From positions 10,265 to 74,264 of the forward strand of contig JACQPY010000007.1 of assembly GCA_016207275.1 (NCBI GenBank): a DNA stretch of 64,000 bases. Direction: 5' to 3'. Within the stretch, counting starts at the first letter, position 1. Each line of letters starts with the position of its first letter. The position numbers and the translations under genes were made by a program. Of the stretch, positions 1 through 9,702 are shown piece by piece. The stretch is from Candidatus Kerfeldbacteria bacterium. GTDB taxonomy: Bacteria > Patescibacteriota > Patescibacteriia > SBBC01. The notes under the pieces are model-generated. The model was not told the origin of the DNA and ran no database searches. It saw only the letters and a program-made list of their open reading frames with translations.

Positions 1-882
1 CTGCAACAGATGGGCGTTGTCGTACTCGTCGATGAAAATCGAAACTGAAGAACCCGACGCGCCGAAAGGTAACAAAACACTCGGCGACGATCCAACACCG
101 TTGACGGCCAAGAGTTGGTCGCCTTCAACCCAGACGATTCGTTGCATCCCGCCTCGCTCAACCGCGATCGCCAAGGATTGAATCGCATCAGGACTCGCCT
201 GCCGGATCTGCACTTCGGGAGTCAACCCCGTACCATCAAACGACCGGTACCATACCTGGGACTTGGCGGCGTTGGCGCCGATGAAGTGCGCTTGACCAGC
301 GCCATCAACCGCCACGTATCGGCCGTTGCCTGACAAGTAGGTGGCGTTGGCGGACACGAGCGAAACTGGATCGTGCCATTGCTGCACGCCGTCCTGAACT
401 CGGTAGTTGGTGTACCAAACTTCGGAGTAGTCGTCGGTGTGCCGAATAGCGTGCACGCTTCCGTCGCCGCCGCGATCAACCAGCGGCCCGGCGTATGCTG
501 CGTTGATGACGTCGGCCGACGGCAAGGGAAGATTGATCGCCGTCGTCACCCATTCGAAGTGCCGCGGCTCGTATGTCGAGATCGGGGCAAGCGTCTGTTC
601 AGCCAACGGCCGGGGATTGGTAAAAAAGGACCGGTACTCCGAACGCCGTCCAGCCGCCCGTTCGTCAGGAACCGGGCGGTCGATTTGAATGACGTTCGTC
701 GGACGGGGTCTTGGCTGCGCCAGAGCTGCCGACGATCCGAGTACAACACAAACAACGACAATCACGAGCGGTGCAAACCAGTGTTGCCCGTCAACACGGG
801 GCACTGCGTTATGCAAAAAACTTGGCGCGCATTGACTCGCGTCCCGCTGTCCAGTCATCGCCACATGGACGGCTTGATTCAT
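1..882 (-). CDS. Secreted/surface protein, beta-propeller-like; partial, runs off left edge
   Basis: Hand translation: open frame from ATG 882 to position 1 (MNQAVHVA...FAPLVIVVVCVVLGSSAALAQ...). Hydrophobic signal-like segment, then beta-rich repeats (VHAI, EVWY, AVDGAGQAHF, QVWYRSF, IDEYDNAHL). Absent from the ORF track because its stop lies outside the window. Confidence 0.75.
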   Translation of the reverse strand, partial: MNQAVHVAMTGQRDASQCAPSFLHNAVPRVDGQHWFAPLVIVVVCVVLGSSAALAQPRPRPTNVIQIDRPVPDERAAGRRSEYRSFFTNPRPLAEQTLAPISTYEPRHFEWVTTAINLPLPSADVINAAYAGPLVDRGGDGSVHAIRHTDDYSEVWYTNYRVQDGVQQWHDPVSLVSANATYLSGNGRYVAVDGAGQAHFIGANAAKSQVWYRSFDGTGLTPEVQIRQASPDAIQSLAIAVERGGMQRIVWVEGDQLLAVNGVGSSPSVLLPFGASGSSVSIFIDEYDNAHLLQ

Positions 883-892
883 ACTGAACTGG

Positions 893-1233
893 TCAATGGC
901 GGGGTAGAGGGGACCGTAAGGAAACGCGGGTTGCGGTTGAATACCTAACCGTACCCACTGGACCGCGTACGGACTGTACGTTCCGGTCTGCGTCACGTAC
1001 CTTCTTGGATTCAGCCCGTCTAAAAATGGATACGAAAGGCGTCTTGACTGACGAGGGCCTCGTCCTTAAAAGCTGAGCGGTTTCTCTCCTTGCGCCGTCC
1101 CGGTTGTGGGTTATTTTTTTATCGGTTTTGCTTGGGCGGCCGTCGTACCAAGCGCCAGCATGACCAGTGCAAGCATACCGAGAACAGCGAGCTGCACTCG
1201 GCGAATCCAAGAAGAGGCATGTTGCAGATCCAT
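893..1233 (-). pseudogene. Small secreted protein apparently frameshifted at an A7 tract
   Basis: ATG 1233 gives the signal peptide MDLQHASSWIRRVQLAVLGMLALVMLALGTTAAQA-KPIKK then stop at 1111-1113. One extra A in the A7 run would join it to the open frame ending at 893. Confidence 0.4.
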
Positions 1234-1433
1234 GCATTCTTCTTACTCTCGTCTTAGAGTGATGTCAAGCATAACGAGAGACTTTCGAGAAAGTTCCTCT
1301 CACAGACGTTCCCCTCCCTCATTCTTCAAACCGACATACTCAATTGATGTCTTTGGTAAAAATTTTCCCTCTTGACAAACGCGAAACGTTTCTTTTTCAG
1401 CTCAAACGTGGTAAAATTTTTTTACACGACTTC

Positions 1434-1442
1434 TGTGGATAA
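1434..1442 (-). promoter_or_regulatory. Perfect DnaA box (TTATCCACA)
   Basis: TGTGGATAA on the + strand, in an AT-rich intergenic region upstream of the 1521 peptide gene. Confidence 0.5.
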
Positions 1443-1520
1443 CATTCGACGAAACTCCGATCTCACCTTTACGCGATGTGATACTCAGTCACGTCGCAGA
1501 ACCGAGAGGAGGTGACCTGA

Positions 1521-1601
1521 ATGGCAAAGCGACGCAGAAAGGCGAAGAAGACCAAGAAGACCGCAAAGCGACGCAAGTCGAGCCGACGGCGCCGCCGCTA
1601 A
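1521..1601 (+). CDS. 26-aa Lys/Arg-rich protamine/histone-like peptide MAKRRRKAKKTKKTAKRRKSSRRRRR
   Basis: SD AGGAGGTGA ending 5 nt before the ATG; 18 of 26 residues are K/R; hairpin terminator directly downstream. Confidence 0.8.
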   Translation: MAKRRRKAKKTKKTAKRRKSSRRRRR

Positions 1602-1611
1602 GTGGCGCTCG

Positions 1612-1651
1612 ACACAAAACTAACCCTCGAACTGACGGGTTAGTTTTGTGT
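1612..1651. terminator. Bidirectional intrinsic terminator
   Basis: Perfect 15-bp inverted repeat ACACAAAACTAACCC / GGGTTAGTTTTGTGT between convergent genes. Confidence 0.8.
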
Positions 1652-2887
1652 TGGCGAGGTGGCTGACAGCAAGCCGAGCGCAATTATCACTGCGGCCAGC
1701 AAAGCCAGGTCGTTTTTGAACAACGGCGTATCAACCAAGCCGTGTGCCAAGATGCTGATGATGGCGGCGGCGTAGACCGAACCGGCTGGCTGACCCCACA
1801 TTCGTCGCAAGCACAGGCCGAGCAACCAGAGCGTGCCAATGAGTCCCAGCACGCCAGTTTCCAGCCACAGGTTGAGGTACAGGTTGTGCGGTTTTGCCAC
1901 GAGCCACTCGAGCGGCGGGAAGTACAAACGAGGGACGGTCGCCCGATAGGCTTGCTCAAAGGTGTTCGGACCTATCCCCAGCAGCGGGTGCTCACGACCG
2001 ACCTCGACCGCCGTCCGCCAAATTTGCGTGCGGACCAAGCTCGACGAGCGCGTGACAAAATTGAGTTTTTCTCGAAGGTAGTGCGTCGGCGACAAGATCA
2101 ACAGCAATAGCCCACCAACCACAGTTATCAACATCAGCGGGCGGCGTCGGCGTATTGGATCGAGCAACCTGATAGCTAAAACCAGCAACCCGGCCACGAG
2201 CGCCAGGTACCCGCCGAACGAAAAAGACAGCAGCAACGCCGCGGCCCCAAGTACCGCACTGATGCCGCTCAACCACCACGCCTGCCGCTGCAACCACCAA
2301 CCGACAGCCAGAACAAGCAACGGCACAATAAACATCGCCAAGTAGTTGGCGACCGGCGCGAATACCGAACTCAAGCGACCGCCCTCAACGGTCGACCGGA
2401 AAGTAGCCAGTTGCACCAGGCCAACAACGGAAACCCACAGCAGCGCCGCCAGAAGCGCCGTCCGCAGCAATCGCTGATCGGCACTTGTCCGAAACTCATG
2501 CACGACAATCAGACTGATCAGCAGCGGCTCGACGAGCCACGCCTTGAGCGCGCCGAGGCTCGCCGGCAAGTTAATTGACGCGGCTGTGGCCACCAGCCAC
2601 CCAGTCACGGTCACGGCTAGAGCTACGATCAGTGGTCGATCAAATATCAGCCGGAGCTGGGCGACCACGTTACCGAACGATTGTCGAGCGACAATACCAG
2701 CCAGCCAACCAGCGACGGTCCCCAGCACGCCGGCTTCGAGGGCTGTGGTTGGGTAACCAACCAACGTTGAACGCAGCAAGTATGCCGGCGCCCCAACCAC
2801 CAGCCCGGCCACGGCGTAGCGCGGCCACCGGAAGGCCACGACCGCAAACACAATTAGAACGACTGTCACCACCGACGGCGCAATCAT
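1640..2887 (-). CDS. O-antigen ligase (Wzy_C) family membrane protein
   Basis: Multiple TM segments; R..IW...HPLLGIG and PHNLYLNLWLETGVLG motifs. Confidence 0.85.
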   Translation of the reverse strand: MIAPSVVTVVLIVFAVVAFRWPRYAVAGLVVGAPAYLLRSTLVGYPTTALEAGVLGTVAGWLAGIVARQSFGNVVAQLRLIFDRPLIVALAVTVTGWLVATAASINLPASLGALKAWLVEPLLISLIVVHEFRTSADQRLLRTALLAALLWVSVVGLVQLATFRSTVEGGRLSSVFAPVANYLAMFIVPLLVLAVGWWLQRQAWWLSGISAVLGAAALLLSFSFGGYLALVAGLLVLAIRLLDPIRRRRPLMLITVVGGLLLLILSPTHYLREKLNFVTRSSSLVRTQIWRTAVEVGREHPLLGIGPNTFEQAYRATVPRLYFPPLEWLVAKPHNLYLNLWLETGVLGLIGTLWLLGLCLRRMWGQPAGSVYAAAIISILAHGLVDTPLFKNDLALLAAVIIALGLLSATSPTQN

Positions 2888-4263
2888 GTCGCCTCCCTCG
2901 CTGAAACTGATCGTAGTCCAACCAGCGTCCCGAAGGTGAGGGCCAGGGTTTCCATGATGTGCGGGAACAACAGGCTGTTGACGAAAAAGCTGTGCACCGT
3001 AACGCTGACTAACCCGGCCAGCGCGCCTAAGCCAAGGCCGCGTTCAAAACCGGTCAGGCCACGGCGGAAGGCACGCCAACCGACTCCCGCCGCCGCCCAG
3101 AGCAACCATAGGTAGACAACCAGTCCAATTGGTCCCGTGGTCACCAGCACCGTTAACAAGCTCGAGTCTGAACCGCCAGCTGAGTGTTCAGCCGCATCCT
3201 TGATAAAGCCATAATCAACTTGGAGGTAGCGGTAGGTGTTGTAGCCAATGCCGGTCACCGGGTAGTCACGGTAGACGGTCAGCGCATGTTGCCAGGAAAC
3301 CAGGCGCAGGCGCGCCGTGGCATCGACTTTGATAGCGCCCTGCACGCGTTCTTGAACACGCGGGATCGTGGCGACGACGATCACCGCCGCCAGTACCAGC
3401 AGCACGAACAGGCGCCGCGACTTGAGAAACGTCAGGACCACGGCGCCAGCCAGAAAGGATAGGTAACCGCTGCGTGAGAAGGTCAAGACCACGGCGGCGA
3501 ACAGGACCGCGGTTACCACGGCCAGCACCAGGCGCCGTCTGCCCGTGCTATGCAGTGCAATCCCACCGACCAGCATGGTGGTAAAGGCAAAGAAACCCGC
3601 CAGGAAGTTGGGATCAAACCAGGTCGACAGTAGGCGACCGATGTGCGGATCCCATCCTTGCGGCACCATGAAACTGAAGTCGGGGAACAGCTTGAGCTGG
3701 ACGAAGCCAAGGACGGCGATGACTGCCGCGGCGCTTATCAGCCACCAGGTTAACCGACGAGCGTCGCGCTCACGCCGGATCAGGTCAGCCACGATCAGCA
3801 GCAGTACGGCGTACTCAGCCCAGCGCACCACGTAGAGAGCGGCGACCAGCCGTTCGCGGTCGGTCAAGAACGGTAGCTGCGCGGTACCGGCGATGAAAGT
3901 CAAAATAAAAACGACCAGCATGGTGGCGATCGGCCACGACAGCGGTGACGACGGCCAGCCCAACCGACCGCGAAGCAGCCCACGCATGAGCCAACCAACG
4001 ACCACCGCCGGCAGCAACACGTCATTCGGTAACACGGCACCCGCTCCGCCAAAGACGGGGACGCGAACGAGCTGTCCGATCACCAGTGAGGCCACTAACC
4101 CGGCCAATCCGACCAGCGGCCATCGGACCACGGCGATCCCGAGGAGCGAACCGGTGATGAGCAAACCGCCAAGGAGCGGGTCAGCGCCGACCAGCACCCC
4201 CGCAAACATGGCCACGCCAACCGCTAATACCGCGGCCAGACGATACGGTTGTTGCTCCAGCAT
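2884..4263 (-). CDS. O-antigen ligase (Wzy_C) family membrane protein
   Basis: RLLSTWFDPNFLA, TFSRSG and RLVSW...PVTGIG motifs; polytopic. Confidence 0.85.
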   Translation of the reverse strand: MLEQQPYRLAAVLAVGVAMFAGVLVGADPLLGGLLITGSLLGIAVVRWPLVGLAGLVASLVIGQLVRVPVFGGAGAVLPNDVLLPAVVVGWLMRGLLRGRLGWPSSPLSWPIATMLVVFILTFIAGTAQLPFLTDRERLVAALYVVRWAEYAVLLLIVADLIRRERDARRLTWWLISAAAVIAVLGFVQLKLFPDFSFMVPQGWDPHIGRLLSTWFDPNFLAGFFAFTTMLVGGIALHSTGRRRLVLAVVTAVLFAAVVLTFSRSGYLSFLAGAVVLTFLKSRRLFVLLVLAAVIVVATIPRVQERVQGAIKVDATARLRLVSWQHALTVYRDYPVTGIGYNTYRYLQVDYGFIKDAAEHSAGGSDSSLLTVLVTTGPIGLVVYLWLLWAAAGVGWRAFRRGLTGFERGLGLGALAGLVSVTVHSFFVNSLLFPHIMETLALTFGTLVGLRSVSAREAT

Positions 4264-4286
4264 ACTACCTACTAAATTCTCTCATA

Positions 4287-4316
4287 CTAACCACTATACC
4301 CTAACCACTAACCACT
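4287..4316 (+). repeat. Short heptamer tandem repeat (CTAACCA)
   Basis: CTAACCA-CTATACC-CTAACCA-CTAACCA-CT overlapping the GT4 stop codon. Confidence 0.55.
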
Positions 4317-5374
4317 GCCTCATGCACAACCTTAGCCACGATCCGTGCCGTCCGCTCCCAGGTAAACTGCCGGCTGCGGTCCCGGCCAAGCCGCCGCAGG
4401 TGACGCCGCCGCTCTTCATCTTCTGCCGCCGAAGCCAGGGCCGTTACCCAGGCACCTTCTTCATACCCATTGACTAGAATACCGGCTTGACCGACGACTT
4501 CGGGAATTGAACTGGTGACGGCCGCCACGACCGGCGTGCCGGCGGCCATGGCCTCAAGCGGCGGGCGGCCAAAGCCTTCGTACCAGGAAGGAAAAGCCAA
4601 AACGCGAGCTTGGTGGTACAGCGCCTGCAGCTCAACATCGTTGACGCCGCCCAGCAGTCGAACATGTTCGTCCAACCCGTGTTGCGTCACGGCCCGGCGC
4701 ACGTCGCCCGCCAGCCAGCCTTCACTGCCGGCCAGGACCAAGTCGTAACTCGGAAAACGTCGGCGGAACTGAGCAAACACGCGAACCAAGAAAGTCAAGT
4801 TCTTCCGCGGTTCGAGCGTGCCGACGTGCAACAAGAACTTTTCCGGCAACTTGAAGTGCGCCAACGCGGCCTGTTGAGCAGCGGTAGTGGTCGGGAACGG
4901 TTGCTCGACGCCTTGAAGCGCGACCCGCAATCGGTCGGACGGCAACTTCAGCTCACGGATTGCTTCGGCCGCCGTGTACTCGGACACCGCGATGATGCGA
5001 GCGGCGAACCGCAGCGTCCAGGGCAGCCACCGGCCGTAAAACCAAGCTGACGGTCGGTGCAGCTGCTCGGGGAAGAGGCGCGCGGCCAGGTCGTGGAGTA
5101 CCACCACGGTCGGGACTGACGGACGGACCGGACCGGAAAAGCCGGGCTTGAGCAGTACGTCGACGCGCTCGCGCCGAACCAGCCGCGGCACGGTCACTTG
5201 ATCCCACCACCACCGCCCCGGCACCGAAAAATCACGCGCGTGAGATGGTCGCAACGACACGTAGGTTGTTTCGCGATCAACCAGCGGTAGCCACTTCGAC
5301 AGCGCGGCCGTAAATTGACCAATCCCGGCGTGCGACACCTCGGCGATTTGAGCGTCAACACCAACCCGCATCAC
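4301..5374 (-). CDS. Glycosyltransferase family 4 (GT-B)
   Basis: VGTLEPRKN and FPSWYEGFGRPPLEAMAAGTPV motifs. Confidence 0.92.
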   Translation of the reverse strand: MMRVGVDAQIAEVSHAGIGQFTAALSKWLPLVDRETTYVSLRPSHARDFSVPGRWWWDQVTVPRLVRRERVDVLLKPGFSGPVRPSVPTVVVLHDLAARLFPEQLHRPSAWFYGRWLPWTLRFAARIIAVSEYTAAEAIRELKLPSDRLRVALQGVEQPFPTTTAAQQAALAHFKLPEKFLLHVGTLEPRKNLTFLVRVFAQFRRRFPSYDLVLAGSEGWLAGDVRRAVTQHGLDEHVRLLGGVNDVELQALYHQARVLAFPSWYEGFGRPPLEAMAAGTPVVAAVTSSIPEVVGQAGILVNGYEEGAWVTALASAAEDEERRRHLRRLGRDRSRQFTWERTARIVAKVVHEAVVSG

Positions 5375-6786
5375 GGCGACCTCATCACGATGGCACGAAT
5401 GGTCGCGCGGTCGACCACTCGCAATGCCACCACCGCGGCGGCGTAAATCACCACACCGAGCAGGCCGTTGACTATCCAGGGAAGTCCTCGACTAAACCAC
5501 ATGGCCGCGGCCATCAGCCCACCGGCCGCCAGGATCCGAGCCGTCGGGCCTAAGCCAAACCGCACCTGCGCGGTGCGTAGCACCATCCAGGCGCCCGCTA
5601 CGGCCACCACTGACTCGACCAGCACGGTCACCGTAGCGGCGCCAAAATACGAGAACCGCGGAATGGTCGCCAGGTACAGTCCAATTGAGCTGATGGCGAC
5701 GACCGCGTAGATCCAAACCATCGCCCGCTGTCGATTGACCACCACCACGGTATTAGAAAAGAGGTAGCCGACGAAAATGGCCGCGGTCCCGACGATCAAA
5801 ATCCGCAGAATCGGCGCCGACGCGGCAAACTCGGGAGCCACCAGCTGCATTACCGGCTGAGCCACAAACTGGGTGCCAATCACCAGCGGCGCCGCCACCA
5901 GCACCAGCGCCTCAAAGCTCCGCTGGAGCATCCGGGCAAACCGCGGTCGGTCGCTCAGGTAGGCCGTGGTTAAGAGCGGCGTCAGCAAGCCGGCAAACAG
6001 CGCCGGAATGCTGATCAATGCCTCGAATACTCGGTACGGCGCCCCGTAGATACCGACGTCGTAGGCCGGGTAGTAGAGCGACAGGATGATCGTGTCAGCT
6101 TTAAAGTAGACCACATTAAAGGCGATCGACAGCGCGATGGGCCAGGTCGAACGAAGAATCTGCCACCACAACGGCGCGTCGAAACGCAAGCCGAAGGAAA
6201 CCAGACGGCGAGCCCACCACGCCGTGACGACAAAGATGACGGCTGACGATAGAACCACGGTCCAGACGATCCCGAGTACGCCAACGCCGGACCGAATAGC
6301 CAGTACGGTGGCGGCTAGCAACAGCACGCGGCCAATGACCTCGCCAATAATGAACCGTTCAGCTTGAAGGTGCTTCTGAAAAATGCCGGCCAGCACCTGT
6401 GTTAAGGTCACAAACAATGATGACAGGCTCATCGCCGCCACGCCGATCTTAACCAAGGGCGGGTAGGGGAAGAGCAGAACCAGCAGCGGCGCCAAACCCA
6501 AAATCAGCACGGCGCTGACCAGCCGCAGCGTGAATACGTTACTGACAATCCGCGACTGGTCAACGCCCGGTTCGCCAAGTGTCTTTGCTAAGTAGATGTA
6601 CAAGCCCAGATCGACCACCAGGCCAAAAAGCTGGAGGAAGGCGGTGATGGTGGTGTAGTAGCCGTAGCCTTCGACGCCGAGGTGTCGCGCCACCAGCAAG
6701 AAAACCACGAGCGCCAGTCCAATACTCAACGCCCGTCCTAGTGCCTGCAGCATCGTACTTCGAGCGACCGCGCGCGTCAGCGACAT
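5371..6786 (-). CDS. Wzx-type polysaccharide flippase
   Basis: About 12-14 TM segments; ARHLGVEGYG, DLGL and DTIILS...VGIYG motifs. Confidence 0.9.
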   Translation of the reverse strand: MSLTRAVARSTMLQALGRALSIGLALVVFLLVARHLGVEGYGYYTTITAFLQLFGLVVDLGLYIYLAKTLGEPGVDQSRIVSNVFTLRLVSAVLILGLAPLLVLLFPYPPLVKIGVAAMSLSSLFVTLTQVLAGIFQKHLQAERFIIGEVIGRVLLLAATVLAIRSGVGVLGIVWTVVLSSAVIFVVTAWWARRLVSFGLRFDAPLWWQILRSTWPIALSIAFNVVYFKADTIILSLYYPAYDVGIYGAPYRVFEALISIPALFAGLLTPLLTTAYLSDRPRFARMLQRSFEALVLVAAPLVIGTQFVAQPVMQLVAPEFAASAPILRILIVGTAAIFVGYLFSNTVVVVNRQRAMVWIYAVVAISSIGLYLATIPRFSYFGAATVTVLVESVVAVAGAWMVLRTAQVRFGLGPTARILAAGGLMAAAMWFSRGLPWIVNGLLGVVIYAAAVVALRVVDRATIRAIVMRSP

Positions 6787-6959
6787 GCGAACACAAAAAA
6801 GTGATCGACGATCTCTCGGAACGTACCATGGTTTGACTCACCGGTCAACCCAACACTATTTTTAAGTACTCAGCAGATTGAAAAAGCGACGGACTCTTTT
6901 TATCGGTTATCAAGCACCGCTGACGATTTTTATCTCCGCTGAAAAATGGCGCTGGGTCG

Positions 6960-6988
6960 TTGACGCAAATTGATTTTTGTGATATGCT
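6960..6988 (+). promoter_or_regulatory. Sigma70 promoter of the SpoIID-domain gene
   Basis: TTGACG-17 nt-TATGCT with TG extension. Confidence 0.6.
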
Positions 6989-6993
6989 GAAGG

Positions 6994-8874
6994 GTGATCA
7001 TGTTGCAAAAAACGCAACACAAAAACCACCGCCGATCTGAACACGTGACGCGCGCGATGACCCTTCGCGCGTGGATTGTCATCAGCGTCGTGACGACCAT
7101 GCTAGTTGGCCCAATCGCACCCGGCTCGCTCGAGGCGGCGACAAAGAAAGAAACGACCGACGCGGCGCTCCTGGTCAATCAGTCGAACCGACTGATCACC
7201 TTGCCGCCGGGCAAGGCAGTCACCGTCTGGTTTGAGTTTCAGAACGTGGGGACGTCGACCTGGACTAACCAAGATCCTGACCCGGTCGGGCTCAATACCG
7301 ACGACCCGCTGCGTCGGAAGAGTAAGTTCCAGACTAAGCGGTGGCGGGCCTTTTGGCGTCCGACTCGTCTGCTGCAGGACAAGGTCAAGCCCGGAGCGGT
7401 TGGGCGGTTCCGTTTTGCGGTTAAAGCGCCGATAAAACCTGGCATTTGGCGCGAAAGTTTTTCATTGGTCCACGGCACCAAGACCCGCATCGCCGGTGGC
7501 CAAGCCGAGTTTATCATGATCGTCGGTCAGCCGGCTGACCTGGCGCAGGTCTTCCGCGCCCAACCAAAAAAAACATCGCTCTCATTCTGGGTTAAACCCG
7601 GCGATCGCATTTACTACCCGCTCGAGTTTCGCAACGTTGGCCACGCTTCCTGGCGACGCGACGGCTGGGGCACCACCAATCTCGGTCGCGTCAACCCCGA
7701 AGGCAGTCCGGCCATCGCTTCCACCAGTTCGCTGTCGCTCCAAACCACACCGACGATCGTCAAAGCCGCGACCCGACGGCAGTACACTTCAGCAATTCTC
7801 GACATCGTCGCCCCGACCGAGACTGGCTTGTACCGAGACAGCTTCGGCTTGGTTGGACCGAACGGACCGATTAGCGGCAGCGCCGTCACGGTCGAGGTCA
7901 ACGTCAGCCAGGACCCCCAGCCGCCCTTTGACGCTGAGCCGATCGTCCGGGTCGGCATCTACGCGCCGGCCAAACCGGTGGTGGTGACCGCGAATGGCTC
8001 GTACGAAATTAGGAATGCCGACACCAATGAGTACCTCGGCACGAACGCCGCCGACAGCACCGCCACGGTGACGTACGACCCTACCATCGGCCGCTACACG
8101 CTGCTGAGCAATGCGGTGGCCACGACCTACCCGCACGCCCTCCGCTTCGTTCCCCCCACTGACCAAACCATTATCGAAATCCAGAGTTTCTCCAACAAGC
8201 GGGAGGTGACGATTGACGGCCAGACCGCCACGGTCAACGACAACAAGTTTCGCGGCGCGGTCGAGGTCCGCTACGCACCGGCGACCAGCAAGCTGTGGGT
8301 GATCAATGAACTGCCGATCGAGCAGTACCTCTGGGGCTTAGCCGAAACTACCAACCGCGCGCCGCTTGAGTTCGTCAAAACACTGGTCACGGCGGCCCGC
8401 AGCTACGCCCTCTACCACCGGCTTCGGGCGACCAAGCACGCCGACGAAAATTACCACCTCAACAGCACCACTGACCAGCTCTACCGCGGCTACAACTACG
8501 AGCAGCGCCACCCCAACATCGCCGTCGGTACCCAGGCCACGCGCGGCATCGTCGCCACCCACCCATCAATGGTCAACGAAAAAAATACCATCGGCGCGAT
8601 TGTCGCCGCTTACTCGTCCTGCACTGACGGCCGGACGCGGAGCTACGTAGAGCGGTGGGGCGGCACGCCTGGCCTATTCCCTTACCTGATTTCAGTGCCG
8701 GATCCAGACGGTCTGTGCACCAATCAGCGCTGGCTCCAAGGCCTCGACGGCAACCACATGGTCGGCATGTCGGCGCTCGGCGCGCTGCGGTCAGTGGCTA
8801 ACCAAAACCTGACCTACGACGCGGTGCTGCGCTACTACTACACCGGCGTATCGTTACTTAGGGCCTACCAGTAG
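6994..8874 (+). CDS. SpoIID/LytB-domain lytic transglycosylase-like protein with N-terminal Ig-like (NBR1-type) domains
   Basis: N-terminal TM; F.NVG..TW repeats; VINELPIEQYLWGLAE, ARSYA, DQLYRG and LRYYYTGV motifs. Confidence 0.85.
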   Translation: MIMLQKTQHKNHRRSEHVTRAMTLRAWIVISVVTTMLVGPIAPGSLEAATKKETTDAALLVNQSNRLITLPPGKAVTVWFEFQNVGTSTWTNQDPDPVGLNTDDPLRRKSKFQTKRWRAFWRPTRLLQDKVKPGAVGRFRFAVKAPIKPGIWRESFSLVHGTKTRIAGGQAEFIMIVGQPADLAQVFRAQPKKTSLSFWVKPGDRIYYPLEFRNVGHASWRRDGWGTTNLGRVNPEGSPAIASTSSLSLQTTPTIVKAATRRQYTSAILDIVAPTETGLYRDSFGLVGPNGPISGSAVTVEVNVSQDPQPPFDAEPIVRVGIYAPAKPVVVTANGSYEIRNADTNEYLGTNAADSTATVTYDPTIGRYTLLSNAVATTYPHALRFVPPTDQTIIEIQSFSNKREVTIDGQTATVNDNKFRGAVEVRYAPATSKLWVINELPIEQYLWGLAETTNRAPLEFVKTLVTAARSYALYHRLRATKHADENYHLNSTTDQLYRGYNYEQRHPNIAVGTQATRGIVATHPSMVNEKNTIGAIVAAYSSCTDGRTRSYVERWGGTPGLFPYLISVPDPDGLCTNQRWLQGLDGNHMVGMSALGALRSVANQNLTYDAVLRYYYTGVSLLRAYQ

Positions 8875-9448
8875 GCGTTGGCGGAGAGGCAGCCGGTGGA
8901 GGTATCGACTGACTCACTCCTTCCCGCCGGATGTACCGTAAAATTTCCGCTTTGACCAGCTCCGGGTCGGGAATGTCGGAAAACGTAAACCGCTCGCGCT
9001 CGCCGGCTGACTGCAGATGCAACGATCCGTAGTGCAGAAACGTCTGGACAAAGCCTTTTGTCTCGACGGTAACGTCTTGGACGCGGTCGAGCGTGAGATC
9101 GGCCACGGTTCGGTTGAACAGTCCTTTCTGTTCAATCCGAACGACACGCTCGTTAGTCACGATCAGTACGTCAAGGTAGTAGTCGAGCCAGTCGTGGAAA
9201 AACAGCATCCACAACAGTAACGTATACAACGAGGCGCCGAGGATGAGTAGCACGCCGCTCAGGTTTTGCGTATCAACGGTAAAACCAACGTCGAACCACG
9301 CCAGCGCGCCAAAAATCAGCAGCGGCGCGACGATCAACATCACGTACCGCACCAGTTTATGCACCAGCACGCTCCAGTGCTTCCGCTGCAGCAGTAAAAT
9401 CTGCTCGTCCCCGTGCATGCCCGGAAAGTCAACGCGGTGGGTCGGCAT
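8858..9448 (-). CDS. Membrane protein with bacterial PH domain (bPH_2)
   Basis: RKHW, 2 TM segments, IVTNERVVRIEQKGLF...VQDVTV...YG.L.LQSAG. Confidence 0.85.
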   Translation of the reverse strand: MPTHRVDFPGMHGDEQILLLQRKHWSVLVHKLVRYVMLIVAPLLIFGALAWFDVGFTVDTQNLSGVLLILGASLYTLLLWMLFFHDWLDYYLDVLIVTNERVVRIEQKGLFNRTVADLTLDRVQDVTVETKGFVQTFLHYGSLHLQSAGERERFTFSDIPDPELVKAEILRYIRREGVSQSIPPPAASPPTPTGRP

Positions 9449-9702
9449 TACGATTCCGGACTAATGGTCACCGCCGGCAGTTCGACTGAGAACGATCCGC
9501 GCCAATCAACGCTGCTCAAGCTGGCCCAGGTAGCAACCACGATCAGAGATACGACCACGACGTAGACCGCGCTCATGGCGTAGGCTGTAGCGGTGTGCAT
9601 GCCAAAGCGCATGACGTGGTAGACGTTAAAAAAGCTAAAGACGACAATCACGAGCAGGGCCGCGCCGTAGACGATCAGCACGATGTAGGCTGGGATTTCC
9701 AT
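9448..9702 (-). CDS. Small 2-TM hypothetical protein
   Basis: 84 aa, two hydrophobic helices, coupled to ruvB. Confidence 0.75.
   Translation of the reverse strand: MEIPAYIVLIVYGAALLVIVVFSFFNVYHVMRFGMHTATAYAMSAVYVVVVSLIVVATWASLSSVDWRGSFSVELPAVTISPES

Noticed and set aside
115-948. Plus-strand ORFs such as 373..948
   Set aside because: Shadows of the minus-strand gene at 1..882; no protein-like features.
1478-1683. 62-aa and 64-aa ORFs in the track
   Set aside because: The SD and terminator fit the 26-aa frame at 1521-1601 instead.
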